The notes under the pieces are model-generated. The model searched no databases. It had not been told where the DNA came from and saw only the letters and a program-made list of their open reading frames with translations. Made by a program: the position numbers and the translations under genes. From the NCBI GenBank assembly GCA_050011565.1, contig JBEKIW010000001.1, forward strand, positions 224,001-288,000: DNA of 64,000 bases, written 5' to 3'. Positions 30,299 to 39,153 of this stretch are shown in pieces. The DNA comes from Dehalococcoidia bacterium. GTDB taxonomy: Bacteria > Chloroflexota > Dehalococcoidia > GIF9 > UBA5629. Numbering within the stretch: the stretch's first letter is position 1; every line of letters starts with the position of its first letter.

Positions 30299-31048
30299 CT
30301 ACCGGCTCCTTTGTCTGAAGGCCTCGTACATTACCAGGGCGGCGGCGACGGAAGCGTTAAGCGAGGTAATTTCCCCTCGCATGGGTATGTGCGCCAGAAA
30401 ATCGCATTTCTTTCTAACCAGCTCGGATAAGCCTTTGCCTTCACTGCCGATGACAATGGCTACCGGCGACTTGAAGTCCATCTGGCTGTATTCAACTTGT
30501 CCGCTGCGGTCTATGCCGATGACCCAGACGTTGTTTTTCTTGAGGGTTTCAATTGCCCCGGCGATGCTGGAGACGCTGGCTACGGGCATATACCACATGG
30601 CGCCGGCCGATGCCTTGGCCACCGTTGCGGTGAGACCGGCTGCTCTTCTTTCCCGGATAATCACGCCGTGAATGCCACTGGCATAAGCCGTCCTCAATAT
30701 GGAGCCCAGATTCTGCGGGTCTTCAATGCCGTCGAGAATTACATAGAGCGGCGGCTCGGTCTTTTCCGCGGAGACAGCCAGCAAATCGTCCAGGCTGACA
30801 TATTCTTTAGCTGCGGCGTAGGCAATAACTCCTTGATTGGTAGCGGTTACGCTCTGCTTGTCTATGATATGCCTGGCCACGCGTTCCACGGGTATATTTT
30901 TGGCTCGGGCCAGGCGGAGTATTTCAGTGACGGCGTCACCCGGCTTGATACTGTCGGCGAGGAGTATTTTGTTGACGGGATAGCCGGACTTGAGCAGCTC
31001 GATTACCGGGTTTTTACCTTCGATGATGGATGGCATGTTACCTGGCAT
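30299..31048 (-). CDS. rlmB: 23S rRNA Gm2251 methyltransferase
   Basis: LDGIEDPQNLGSILRT, GSEGKG, SLNASVA SPOUT motifs. Confidence 0.92.
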   Translation of the reverse strand: MPGNMPSIIEGKNPVIELLKSGYPVNKILLADSIKPGDAVTEILRLARAKNIPVERVARHIIDKQSVTATNQGVIAYAAAKEYVSLDDLLAVSAEKTEPPLYVILDGIEDPQNLGSILRTAYASGIHGVIIRERRAAGLTATVAKASAGAMWYMPVASVSSIAGAIETLKKNNVWVIGIDRSGQVEYSQMDFKSPVAIVIGSEGKGLSELVRKKCDFLAHIPMRGEITSLNASVAAALVMYEAFRQRSR

Positions 31049-31127
31049 ATTGTAACAAAATCAAAGATTAAAAGTTAAAAATCAAAAAATTTCGGTTACG
31101 GCGATTAAAAATGATTTCAGAGATAGA

Positions 31128-31251
31128 GATTGCCACGTCCTTCAGCGAAAGGACTCGCAATGACAGGAGGAGAAAAGAGCTTCTATTCTTCGATAGGCTC
31201 AGAATGAGCGGAACGTTGGGCTCAGATTCTTCGACAAGCTCAGAATGAGCG
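31128..31251. repeat. REP-like cluster
   Basis: GATTGCCACG..CTCGCAATGAC unit plus two CTTCGA.A.GCTCAGAATGAGCG units (others at 21231, 22666, 32009). Confidence 0.7.
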
Positions 31252-31304
31252 CAGCACCGGTGTGAATTGTGCCTGGAGCGGATGCTCCGGGCTACCCCTT
31301 GGGG

Positions 31305-31916
31305 TCAGTCGGTGAAGACGTAGCTGCCTTTTTTAAGGTAGGAGTAGAAGGTGAGTACAGTGGAGACAATCGCCAGATACATGAGGACAGCCAGCAGCCA
31401 GTCGGGGCCGATGCCGAAGACGGCTATCACCAGCGGCGCCAGCCAGAACCAGAAGTTGACCTTGGCTATACCCGTTGGCGTGGGAAATTCCATGGCACGA
31501 CTCCGGCGTTTCCAGAGATAGGAACCTATGCCGGCAAACACGGCAACTCCACCGGCAAGAGCTAGCACCGCGTAGGGATAGGGATTGAGGGGCATCAGGT
31601 GATCTGTCCTGGAAAACAGCCCGGCGATTATGGCCAGAATCAGGCTCGGCATAAACAGTAACTCGTCGGCCACCATGTCGAAAATCGACCCGCCCAGGCT
31701 CGATTGCCCGAGCCTACGGGCCAGTAAGCCGTCCAGTCCATCGGTACAGGCGGCAATAACGATCAGGATGCCCGCCGCCAGGAATTCTCCCTGCCACAAC
31801 AGAAAAGCAGTGAAACCGGCCAAGACCACGCGTATAGCCGTTATGATATTGGGTACGTTGAGGTCAAACGTTAATTCCTGGTTCGGTGTCTGATTAGCCG
31901 TTGGCTTTGATTTCAT
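31305..31916 (-). CDS. CDP-alcohol phosphatidyltransferase family protein
   Basis: PNIITAIR; DGLDGLLARRLGQSSLGGSIFDMVAD signature. Confidence 0.88.
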   Translation of the reverse strand: MKSKPTANQTPNQELTFDLNVPNIITAIRVVLAGFTAFLLWQGEFLAAGILIVIAACTDGLDGLLARRLGQSSLGGSIFDMVADELLFMPSLILAIIAGLFSRTDHLMPLNPYPYAVLALAGGVAVFAGIGSYLWKRRSRAMEFPTPTGIAKVNFWFWLAPLVIAVFGIGPDWLLAVLMYLAIVSTVLTFYSYLKKGSYVFTD

Positions 31917-32123
31917 GCTTCTTTCTGCTTGTCTGAGAGGGCAGAATAGCACGATATGTAAATAGCTGTCAATCATTGGCAGCGTGGATTTTACCCGGAG
32001 TGCAGATTCTTCGACAGGCTCAGAATGAGCGAGGTAGGGGTTAGCGGGCCGTGCGTAAAATAAACTTTTTGGGGCTTTTAACGTTTCTTATAGTGCAAGT
32101 CCTGTATTGGGAGGGATGACATA

Positions 32124-32345
32124 ATGATAGATACCAGCAGATTAACGCTCAGAGAAATAGAGATACTACGTCTCATCGCGGTCGGCCATTTGAATAAACA
32201 GATTGCCGCGGATTTCAATATCAGCGAACAGGCCATTAAGAATAATATGACCAGAATATTGAGAAAGCTCGATGCCGTAAACCGCACCGAGGCTGTGGTC
32301 AAAGCAGCCGTGTTCGGCCTGGTACCGCTCGACTCAGACCAATAG
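32124..32345 (+). CDS. Stand-alone LuxR-type HTH protein
   Basis: LTLREIEILRLIAVGHLNKQIA...ILRKLDAVNRTEAV; GGAGG RBS. Confidence 0.88.
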   Translation: MIDTSRLTLREIEILRLIAVGHLNKQIAADFNISEQAIKNNMTRILRKLDAVNRTEAVVKAAVFGLVPLDSDQ

Positions 32346-32872
32346 CCGTCGTCCCGAGCACAAACTACGGGAGAGTCCTCAAAAAGGCTCTCCCTTTTTG
32401 ATTTCTTAGACAGGCTTGCCTCGCCCGATTGTCTACAGCTTTCGACGAGATATTAGTCACATAATAATCTGAGATAATGTAGTATATTAATAATAGAGTT
32501 AAGAAGAGGAGGTTAGGGTATGACAAAGAGATTTCTGTTATGCCGACTCTTGATCGGTAGTCGCCCTCAGCCGGGAGCGTAGGTGAAGAAGTAGTGATGT
32601 GCAACTGCCGGTTGGGGGAGGAGAAGGTTCCCAAGCTCCTTGGCAAGCGTTTGAGGGTTCATCCGAAAACGAGCCACTTTGGTGAAGGGAGCCAAGAGGA
32701 AGGAGTAGTGGAACGAAGCTAGGGGCAGGCTTGAGGTTATCGAGGCTGTCCTTTTTTATGTCCTGACGGCCAAGGCTAATGCGAACGTGTAAATAAACCT
32801 TTTTGCCGTATCACCAGTTTAATTAATTAGAATATAAGTGTTGACATAAATTTATGACGAGGGCCAAAGTAG

Positions 32873-33160
32873 ATGTGGCAGATACATTTTTGTCCCCACT
32901 GCGGGGCCAGAGCCGCGTATAGCGCCAGATTCTGCGGCACTTGCGGTTTTGACTTAACATCGGTAGCGCCAGAGGTACCGCCTCCGTCCTATGACTATCA
33001 GTATCCGTATCAGCAATGGGTACCATCGGCGGCGTATATAGATCAAGTACAGCAGAGATTCGTACCTGGAAGTGATATAAATGCCAGGCCGATGAGCGCC
33101 GAGATTTCAAAGCTGCTGGGAGACTTATTCGATAAACGCCTTAAATACAACAAGGCATAG
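32873..33160 (+). CDS. Zinc-ribbon protein
   Basis: FCPHCG...FCGTCG N-terminus with a Pro/Tyr/Gln-rich tail. Confidence 0.7.
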   Translation: MWQIHFCPHCGARAAYSARFCGTCGFDLTSVAPEVPPPSYDYQYPYQQWVPSAAYIDQVQQRFVPGSDINARPMSAEISKLLGDLFDKRLKYNKA

Positions 33161-33269
33161 GGCAAGCAAAGAGAAAAGTAGTAGAAAGAAACCAAGGACA
33201 GCCTAGATGATATCGAGGCTGTTTTTTTATGCCTGCGGCCCCATCTAAACGTATTTAACCAGCCATAGA

Positions 33270-34565
33270 CTACAGAGTAGAATCAGGGTTCGTCTCATCT
33301 GTAGCTTTTTTTGCCGTCTCTGAGTCCGGTGGTATAGGTATGGCCGGAGCTTCAGTAATTACAGGATAGTCTGAGGCAGCCGGTGCCGATGGCGCCGCTT
33401 CCAGCACCTGGCCGGGTACGGCAGCCGGCATGGGATATGTCGTCAATGTCGGTTCAGGAGTTGGAGCCGGTTCGACTACCGGCAAAGATGATACCGGCAG
33501 TGCCGGTTCGGGTGTGATTTCCGGTGACGGAACTGTTGCCACCGCAAAATCCGGGTTTAACTCATTTGTGGCTTCAGGAGTCTGTAATGTCTCAGGTGCC
33601 GGCGTGGTTTCCGGTGAGGGTTCTATTGCGGTAGCAGAATCAATGTTTAGCTCATTCGTAGCTTCTGGAGTCTGTAAAGTCTCCGGTGCCGGCACGGCTG
33701 GAATCTCAGTAATTACAGGAGTCTCTGTTGCAGCTGGTGTAGATGGGGTCGTTTCCAGCACCTGGTCGGGGACATCAACCGGTGTCGAATATGTGGCTAA
33801 GGCAGGCTCCGGAGCCGGTGTCAGTTCAGCTGAGTCTGATACTGATGGCTCAAATGTTACCGGAGATAGTATTGCTGCGGGGAGCTCCCCAGTTGTTATT
33901 TCATTCGCTGCCATAGGCTCGGTTGCCGGAGTGCCGGCTGTTACATCTGTTAATATCGGGTGCGGGAAGGTTACGCACTGTGGGTCAGGGCTGCGTGAAG
34001 GATGTGGATTTGGACAGGGCGAAGGATGTGGATGTGGACAGGGTGAAGGTTCAGGTTGGGGGGAGGGAGGTCCGAAAGGATGATTTCCCCAAGGGCTATA
34101 GTGATTACCAAAAAGATATGGATAAAAATAATAAGAAGAAAGTAGCCATGAGCTTGGTGAATAACAGGTCGTGGGACAGGGCGGTGTATAAGAGCAGGGT
34201 AATTGATATGAACTCGGTGGTTGGTATGTGCAGGGATTGTAATAATAGGGTGACGCGGTCACACATCCATACGGACTAATCAGATTGTTGTTGACACAGT
34301 CTTGCGCAGCTTTATCACAGGTGCTGCACTCCGTCGATGTCTGTTGGAGCTGGTTTTGAAGCTGCTGGTTCTGATTCTGCACGTTTTGAAGCGCCTCTTG
34401 CGTGGCCTGCAGGTTATTTTGCGTCGTTTCCAGCGATAAACTCAGCGCCTGTACTTTGTATTGAAGTTCCTGCAGGTCTTTCTGGCTGGCAGCAGGAGTA
34501 CAGGCAGCACCGAGGAATGTAACTAAAAGTAGTAGTGAAGCTAGCCCGCATACCTTTTTTAACAT
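33270..34565 (-). CDS. Lipoprotein with coiled coil, Cys/Tyr-rich region and Pro/Thr/Glu-rich repetitive tail
   Basis: LGAAC lipobox-like motif; Gln-rich heptads; PAPETLQTPEATNELN repeated twice. Confidence 0.7.
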   Translation of the reverse strand: MLKKVCGLASLLLLVTFLGAACTPAASQKDLQELQYKVQALSLSLETTQNNLQATQEALQNVQNQNQQLQNQLQQTSTECSTCDKAAQDCVNNNLISPYGCVTASPYYYNPCTYQPPSSYQLPCSYTPPCPTTCYSPSSWLLSSYYFYPYLFGNHYSPWGNHPFGPPSPQPEPSPCPHPHPSPCPNPHPSRSPDPQCVTFPHPILTDVTAGTPATEPMAANEITTGELPAAILSPVTFEPSVSDSAELTPAPEPALATYSTPVDVPDQVLETTPSTPAATETPVITEIPAVPAPETLQTPEATNELNIDSATAIEPSPETTPAPETLQTPEATNELNPDFAVATVPSPEITPEPALPVSSLPVVEPAPTPEPTLTTYPMPAAVPGQVLEAAPSAPAASDYPVITEAPAIPIPPDSETAKKATDETNPDSTL

Positions 34566-34790
34566 GATGCACCTCCTTAGTGAAGGATATTACCACCTAA
34601 ACCATGGTTGTTCAGGAAACGACCAAGCGAGTTAACAACCCTGTTTAAGTGGCCCAATTGAACTATAAAACAGTAAATTGGGTTTGTCAAATAACGATAG
34701 GCTTGAAAGGGCCGTTTTTTGATGAATCGGTGAAAATTTTACAATTCACTACCGGCTTTCTAGACGTAAAATGAGCAGTTGCAGATTTGA

Positions 34791-37700
34791 TTAGGACGTG
34801 GATGGTCTGGCTCGGACTACCGTGGGAGTGTACACCATTTCATAGAGCCGGGCATATAAGCCGCTACGGCGCAGAAGCTCTTCATGCAGGCCCTGTTCCA
34901 CAATCCGCCCGTTATCGATTACCAGGATAAGGTCGGCATCGCGAATAGTCGATAGCCGGTGGGCGATGACTACCGTAGTGCGTCCTTTCAGGAGATTTCG
35001 CAGACCTTGCTGGAGGACGTGTTCGCTGTACGAGTCGACGCTGGCGGTAGCTTCATCCAGCAGTAGTATGGCTGGATTTGCCAGTAGCGCCCTGGCAAAG
35101 CTGATAAGCTGGCGCTGCCCCATGCTCAGGTTTTGTCCGCGCTCCTGCAGTTCGGTATCGTAGCCGTTTTCCAGACGTACAATGAAATCGTGGGCACCTA
35201 CTGCCCTGGCGGCGGCTATTATTTCATCCTCGCCAGCCTCAAGGTTACCATAGCGGATGTTGTCCCTGACCGTTCCGGAGAACAGGAACGGGTCTTGCAG
35301 CACCAGGCCCAACTGCCGTCGGTAGCCGGCGGTATCTATACCGCGTAAATCATGGCCATCGATTAGTATGCGCCCTTTATCGACGTCGTAAAAGCGGGCG
35401 ATGAGGCTGACGATGGTGCTCTTGCCGGCGCCGGTGGGACCGACCAGTGCCACCGTCTTTCCCTGAGGCATACGCAGGTTTACATCGTGAATCACTTCAA
35501 CATCAGGTTCGTAGCTGAAGGAAACGCCCTCGAACTTGATATCACCTTGTATTCGAGATAGCTTGGTTCCTGTGCCATCCGCCATTTCCGGCTTTACGTC
35601 GAGGAGTTCGAAGACACGTGCGCCCGAGGCCATTGCCATCTGCAGCTGGGAGTACTCCATGGTCAGCGACCTGATGGGGTCAAAGAAGTTCTGCATATAG
35701 AGGACAAAGGCAAGCAGTGTGCCTACAAGAAGCGTGCCGCTCAGCACACCTGTCCCGCCGTAAAGGACGATGATAACGGTCGATAGCGCCAGTAGCAGTT
35801 CCACTCCGGGCATCATGGCCGCCGAAAATTTGGCTGCCTGCACGTTGGCGTCGAAATGGTCGTAATTTACCCGGTCGAAGTGCTGAGAGTTCAGTTCCTC
35901 CCGGGACAGGCTCTGAATAACCCGCACCCCGGAGATGTTTTCCTGCAACGCGGCATTTACCGGCGCCAGCGCCTGCCTTACCTTGATAAAGGAGCGGCGG
36001 GCTGTTGTCTGCCATAGCATTATGAACAGAAAGAGCAGCGGCACCACCGTCAGAGTGAGCAGCGCCAGCTTGAAGTTCATGGCAGACATGGCAATTATAA
36101 TGGCAATCAGGCTGACTATCTCGCCGGCTACCCAGAAGACGCCGGAATCAAGGAAGTCGCCTACTTCGCCCACGTCGTCCTGCACGCGCGACATGACACG
36201 TCCGACCTCGTTGCTTTCGATGAACCTTAGAGACAGACGCTGCAGGTGGTTGAATAGCTGGCTGCGCAGGTTGAGCAGTATGCTCTGTCCCAGGCGCGCT
36301 TCAGCCCTGATCTGGGCGTAATAAGATACGCCGTTGAGCAGCGCCACGCCAAGAAAAAGAAGGACGATGATGTTCAACCCGCTGAGATTGCCGGCCACAA
36401 TATATTTATCTTCTGCCACTCCCACCAGGTACGGATTAGCTACTATGGTAAAGGTATAGAGCAATGTGGCCACGATGGTCAGGGGCAGTGCCACTTTGTA
36501 CGACGCGAAATATTTGGCCAGGCGCGAAACCACGCGGGAGTCATAGGGTTTGCCGAAGACGATATCGTCCGATATGCGCAGGCTGCTAAGTCGTTCGCTT
36601 CTGACACGCGTGGTCTGGTGGCCGTCTCCTTCGGGAAAGACGGAAGCCATCTCCTCCTCAGCCAAAGGCAAAGTCGCCGGCTCGATAAAGTCTTCCTGCT
36701 GCTCGAACTGCAGACCGTAGAGCTGCTGGTACCAGCCATTTCTGGCAAGTAGTTCCTCGTGTTTGCCGCGCTCGATAATCTGGCCGTCCTTCAGCACCAG
36801 AATTAAATCAGCCATCTGCACCGACCGCAGACGGTGGGCAATGATGAACGTGGTCCGGCCGACCGGCAGCTCCGCCAGAGCCTGCTGTAAGAGGTACTCG
36901 GTCTCGGCGTCCAAACTCGATGTAGAATCGTCCATTATTAAAATACGCGGGTTGAGTAACAGAGTGCGGGCAATCGCCAGCCGCTGCTTCTGACCGCCGG
37001 AAAGGGTTATACCCCGCTCGCCCACCCAGGTCTCGTAGCCCTCAGGCAGGCTGGTGATGAAGTCGTGCAGCCGAGCGGTCTTCGCCGCTTCCATTATCTC
37101 CTCCAGGCTGGCATCCGGCTTGCCGTAGCTAATATTTTCCCGGATGGTAGCCGAAAAGAGAAAGGTATCCTGATGGACAATGCCGACATGCCGCCGCAGA
37201 GAGGCAAGCGACATGTCCCTGATGTCCGTGCCGTCGATAGTAATGCGGCCGGAGGTTACGTCATAGAAGCGCGGTATCAAATTGGCTACGGTGGACTTGC
37301 CGCTGCCGCTGGCGCCGACGAGAGCTATCACCTGCCCGGGTTGAGCTTCGAAGCTGACGTCTTTCAACGCAGTGCCGTGGGAATCATAGCTGAAGCAAAC
37401 GTTCTCGAATTTGACCAGCCCCTTCACTTCGTTGATATCGATGGCGTCGGGCTTCTCAATTACCGGTGATACCTGGTCGATGATTTCAAAGATGCGACGT
37501 CCGGAAGCCATAGCCCGGGAGAAGAGTATGCTCAACCATCCCAGTATGTAGACCGGCGTACTGAGCATGACCAGGTAAATCAGGAACTGGGCAAGTTCAC
37601 CCTGTGTTAGGCTGCCGGCTATTACCAGCCTGCCTCCGTACCACAGGACGACCCCCATGGCCGCCAGAAGAGCAAAGCTCATAGCCGGGCTGTTGGAAGC

Positions 37701-38417
37701 CAGTTGGTTGTTGGCTTCAATCTCCTGGTTGTATATGACTTCGGCCTGGCTGCGGAATTTCCGGCTCTCGAATTCCTCGCGAGCGAAAGCCCGCACCACC
37801 CTTACACCGGTCAGGTTTTCCTGTAATATGGTGCCCAGGTCACCGATGCCCTGTTGAATTTTCATCCACAGCACACGTAGTCTCTGGTTTATGGCGACGG
37901 TGCGGAAGGAGATGAAGGGAAGAACGCTTAAACTGATTAAGGCCAGCTTCCAGTTGAGCATCAGGAGAACGATGGTTATGGCTACCATAAGCAGGACAAA
38001 ATAAAGGCCTCGCAGCAGGGCGAAACCGACAAACATGCGGACTGACTCGACATCTGAAGTAGCCCGGGACATAAGCTGGCCGGTTTGAGAGCGGTCGTGA
38101 AAGGCGTAGCTGAGGCTCTGGAGACGGTTGTAAATTGTATTACGGAGGTCATAGGCAACTCTATTGGAGAGAAATTCAGCCAGGTAGCCCTGCCAGTAGC
38201 TGGACACGCTGCGCAGTATGCCGGCTACAGCTATAGCCAGCGCCGTCAGCACCAGGGCGCTGTGCTGGCCTGAGCCCAGTGCCAGGTCAATAGCCTGACC
38301 GGTAAAGCGGGGTATGGCTATGGTCAGCGCCGCTCCGGCAAAAAGACAAAAATAAGCTATAGCTGCCCGCGGCCAATACTTCCAAAAAAGCGCCGCAACA
38401 CGTACAAAGATACGCAT
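34791..38417 (-). CDS. Fused full-length ABC exporter (TMD-NBD-TMD-NBD)
   Basis: GASGSGKS/LSGGQ/IMDD and GPTGAGKS/LSMGQ/LLDE in one ORF. Confidence 0.92.
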   Translation of the reverse strand: MRIFVRVAALFWKYWPRAAIAYFCLFAGAALTIAIPRFTGQAIDLALGSGQHSALVLTALAIAVAGILRSVSSYWQGYLAEFLSNRVAYDLRNTIYNRLQSLSYAFHDRSQTGQLMSRATSDVESVRMFVGFALLRGLYFVLLMVAITIVLLMLNWKLALISLSVLPFISFRTVAINQRLRVLWMKIQQGIGDLGTILQENLTGVRVVRAFAREEFESRKFRSQAEVIYNQEIEANNQLASNSPAMSFALLAAMGVVLWYGGRLVIAGSLTQGELAQFLIYLVMLSTPVYILGWLSILFSRAMASGRRIFEIIDQVSPVIEKPDAIDINEVKGLVKFENVCFSYDSHGTALKDVSFEAQPGQVIALVGASGSGKSTVANLIPRFYDVTSGRITIDGTDIRDMSLASLRRHVGIVHQDTFLFSATIRENISYGKPDASLEEIMEAAKTARLHDFITSLPEGYETWVGERGITLSGGQKQRLAIARTLLLNPRILIMDDSTSSLDAETEYLLQQALAELPVGRTTFIIAHRLRSVQMADLILVLKDGQIIERGKHEELLARNGWYQQLYGLQFEQQEDFIEPATLPLAEEEMASVFPEGDGHQTTRVRSERLSSLRISDDIVFGKPYDSRVVSRLAKYFASYKVALPLTIVATLLYTFTIVANPYLVGVAEDKYIVAGNLSGLNIIVLLFLGVALLNGVSYYAQIRAEARLGQSILLNLRSQLFNHLQRLSLRFIESNEVGRVMSRVQDDVGEVGDFLDSGVFWVAGEIVSLIAIIIAMSAMNFKLALLTLTVVPLLFLFIMLWQTTARRSFIKVRQALAPVNAALQENISGVRVIQSLSREELNSQHFDRVNYDHFDANVQAAKFSAAMMPGVELLLALSTVIIVLYGGTGVLSGTLLVGTLLAFVLYMQNFFDPIRSLTMEYSQLQMAMASGARVFELLDVKPEMADGTGTKLSRIQGDIKFEGVSFSYEPDVEVIHDVNLRMPQGKTVALVGPTGAGKSTIVSLIARFYDVDKGRILIDGHDLRGIDTAGYRRQLGLVLQDPFLFSGTVRDNIRYGNLEAGEDEIIAAARAVGAHDFIVRLENGYDTELQERGQNLSMGQRQLISFARALLANPAILLLDEATASVDSYSEHVLQQGLRNLLKGRTTVVIAHRLSTIRDADLILVIDNGRIVEQGLHEELLRRSGLYARLYEMVYTPTVVRARPSTS

Positions 38418-38618
38418 TTTCTCTTGTATTTATATTAGCACTTATTGCCCGACTAATGCTGCCATATTCCCTCCAAAAAGGCTGGACTTATATTTGGGGC
38501 TTTGCTAGACTTACGCGGATATTTCAACGCCCTATTACCGGAGGGACTATGAGAAAAGTTTATAAATTATTTACGATCATATGCGCCGGTAACATCTATC
38601 ACAGAAGGAGGTAACGCC

Positions 38619-39122
38619 ATGCAGTGGTCCAGCCCACCACCGATGACTATCGACCGGAACAAGCAGTACACGGCAACGATAAAGACCAACTACGGAGATA
38701 TAGTATTGCAGTTCTTTCCTAAAGATGCGCCTATTACCGTGAACAATTTCGTTTTCCTGGCTGGCCAGGGCTTCTACAATGGGGTGAAGTTTCATCGCGT
38801 GGTGAAGGGTTTCGTAATTCAGGGCGGTGACCCGACGGGTACCGGCACCGGCGGGCCGGGATACAGGTTTGCCGATGAAAAAATTACTAAAGACTATGTT
38901 GCCGGTACTCTGGCTATGGCCAATGCCGGGACCGATACCAACGGCAGCCAGTTCTTCGTCACCTTAGTCGACCTCAGCGGCAGCCTGCCCAAAAAATATA
39001 CTATCTTCGGACAGGTTACTAGCGGCTTCGACGTAGTGCAGAAGATAGGTGATGTACCGGTGGATGGTTCGTCGCCGATAAAGGGCGTCCTTATAGACAG
39101 CATTACCATAGAGGGAAAATAG
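38619..39122 (+). CDS. Cyclophilin-type peptidyl-prolyl isomerase
   Basis: FHRVVKGFVIQGGDP, LAMANAG..TNGSQFF. Confidence 0.95.
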   Translation: MQWSSPPPMTIDRNKQYTATIKTNYGDIVLQFFPKDAPITVNNFVFLAGQGFYNGVKFHRVVKGFVIQGGDPTGTGTGGPGYRFADEKITKDYVAGTLAMANAGTDTNGSQFFVTLVDLSGSLPKKYTIFGQVTSGFDVVQKIGDVPVDGSSPIKGVLIDSITIEGK

Positions 39123-39153
39123 CTGTTCTTATTGTCTTGATCCAGGCAGCCCG

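Noticed and set aside
21090-32031. Repeated ~24-bp units as a CRISPR array
   Set aside because: Dispersed and irregularly spaced, with no spacer structure and no cas genes; REP-like
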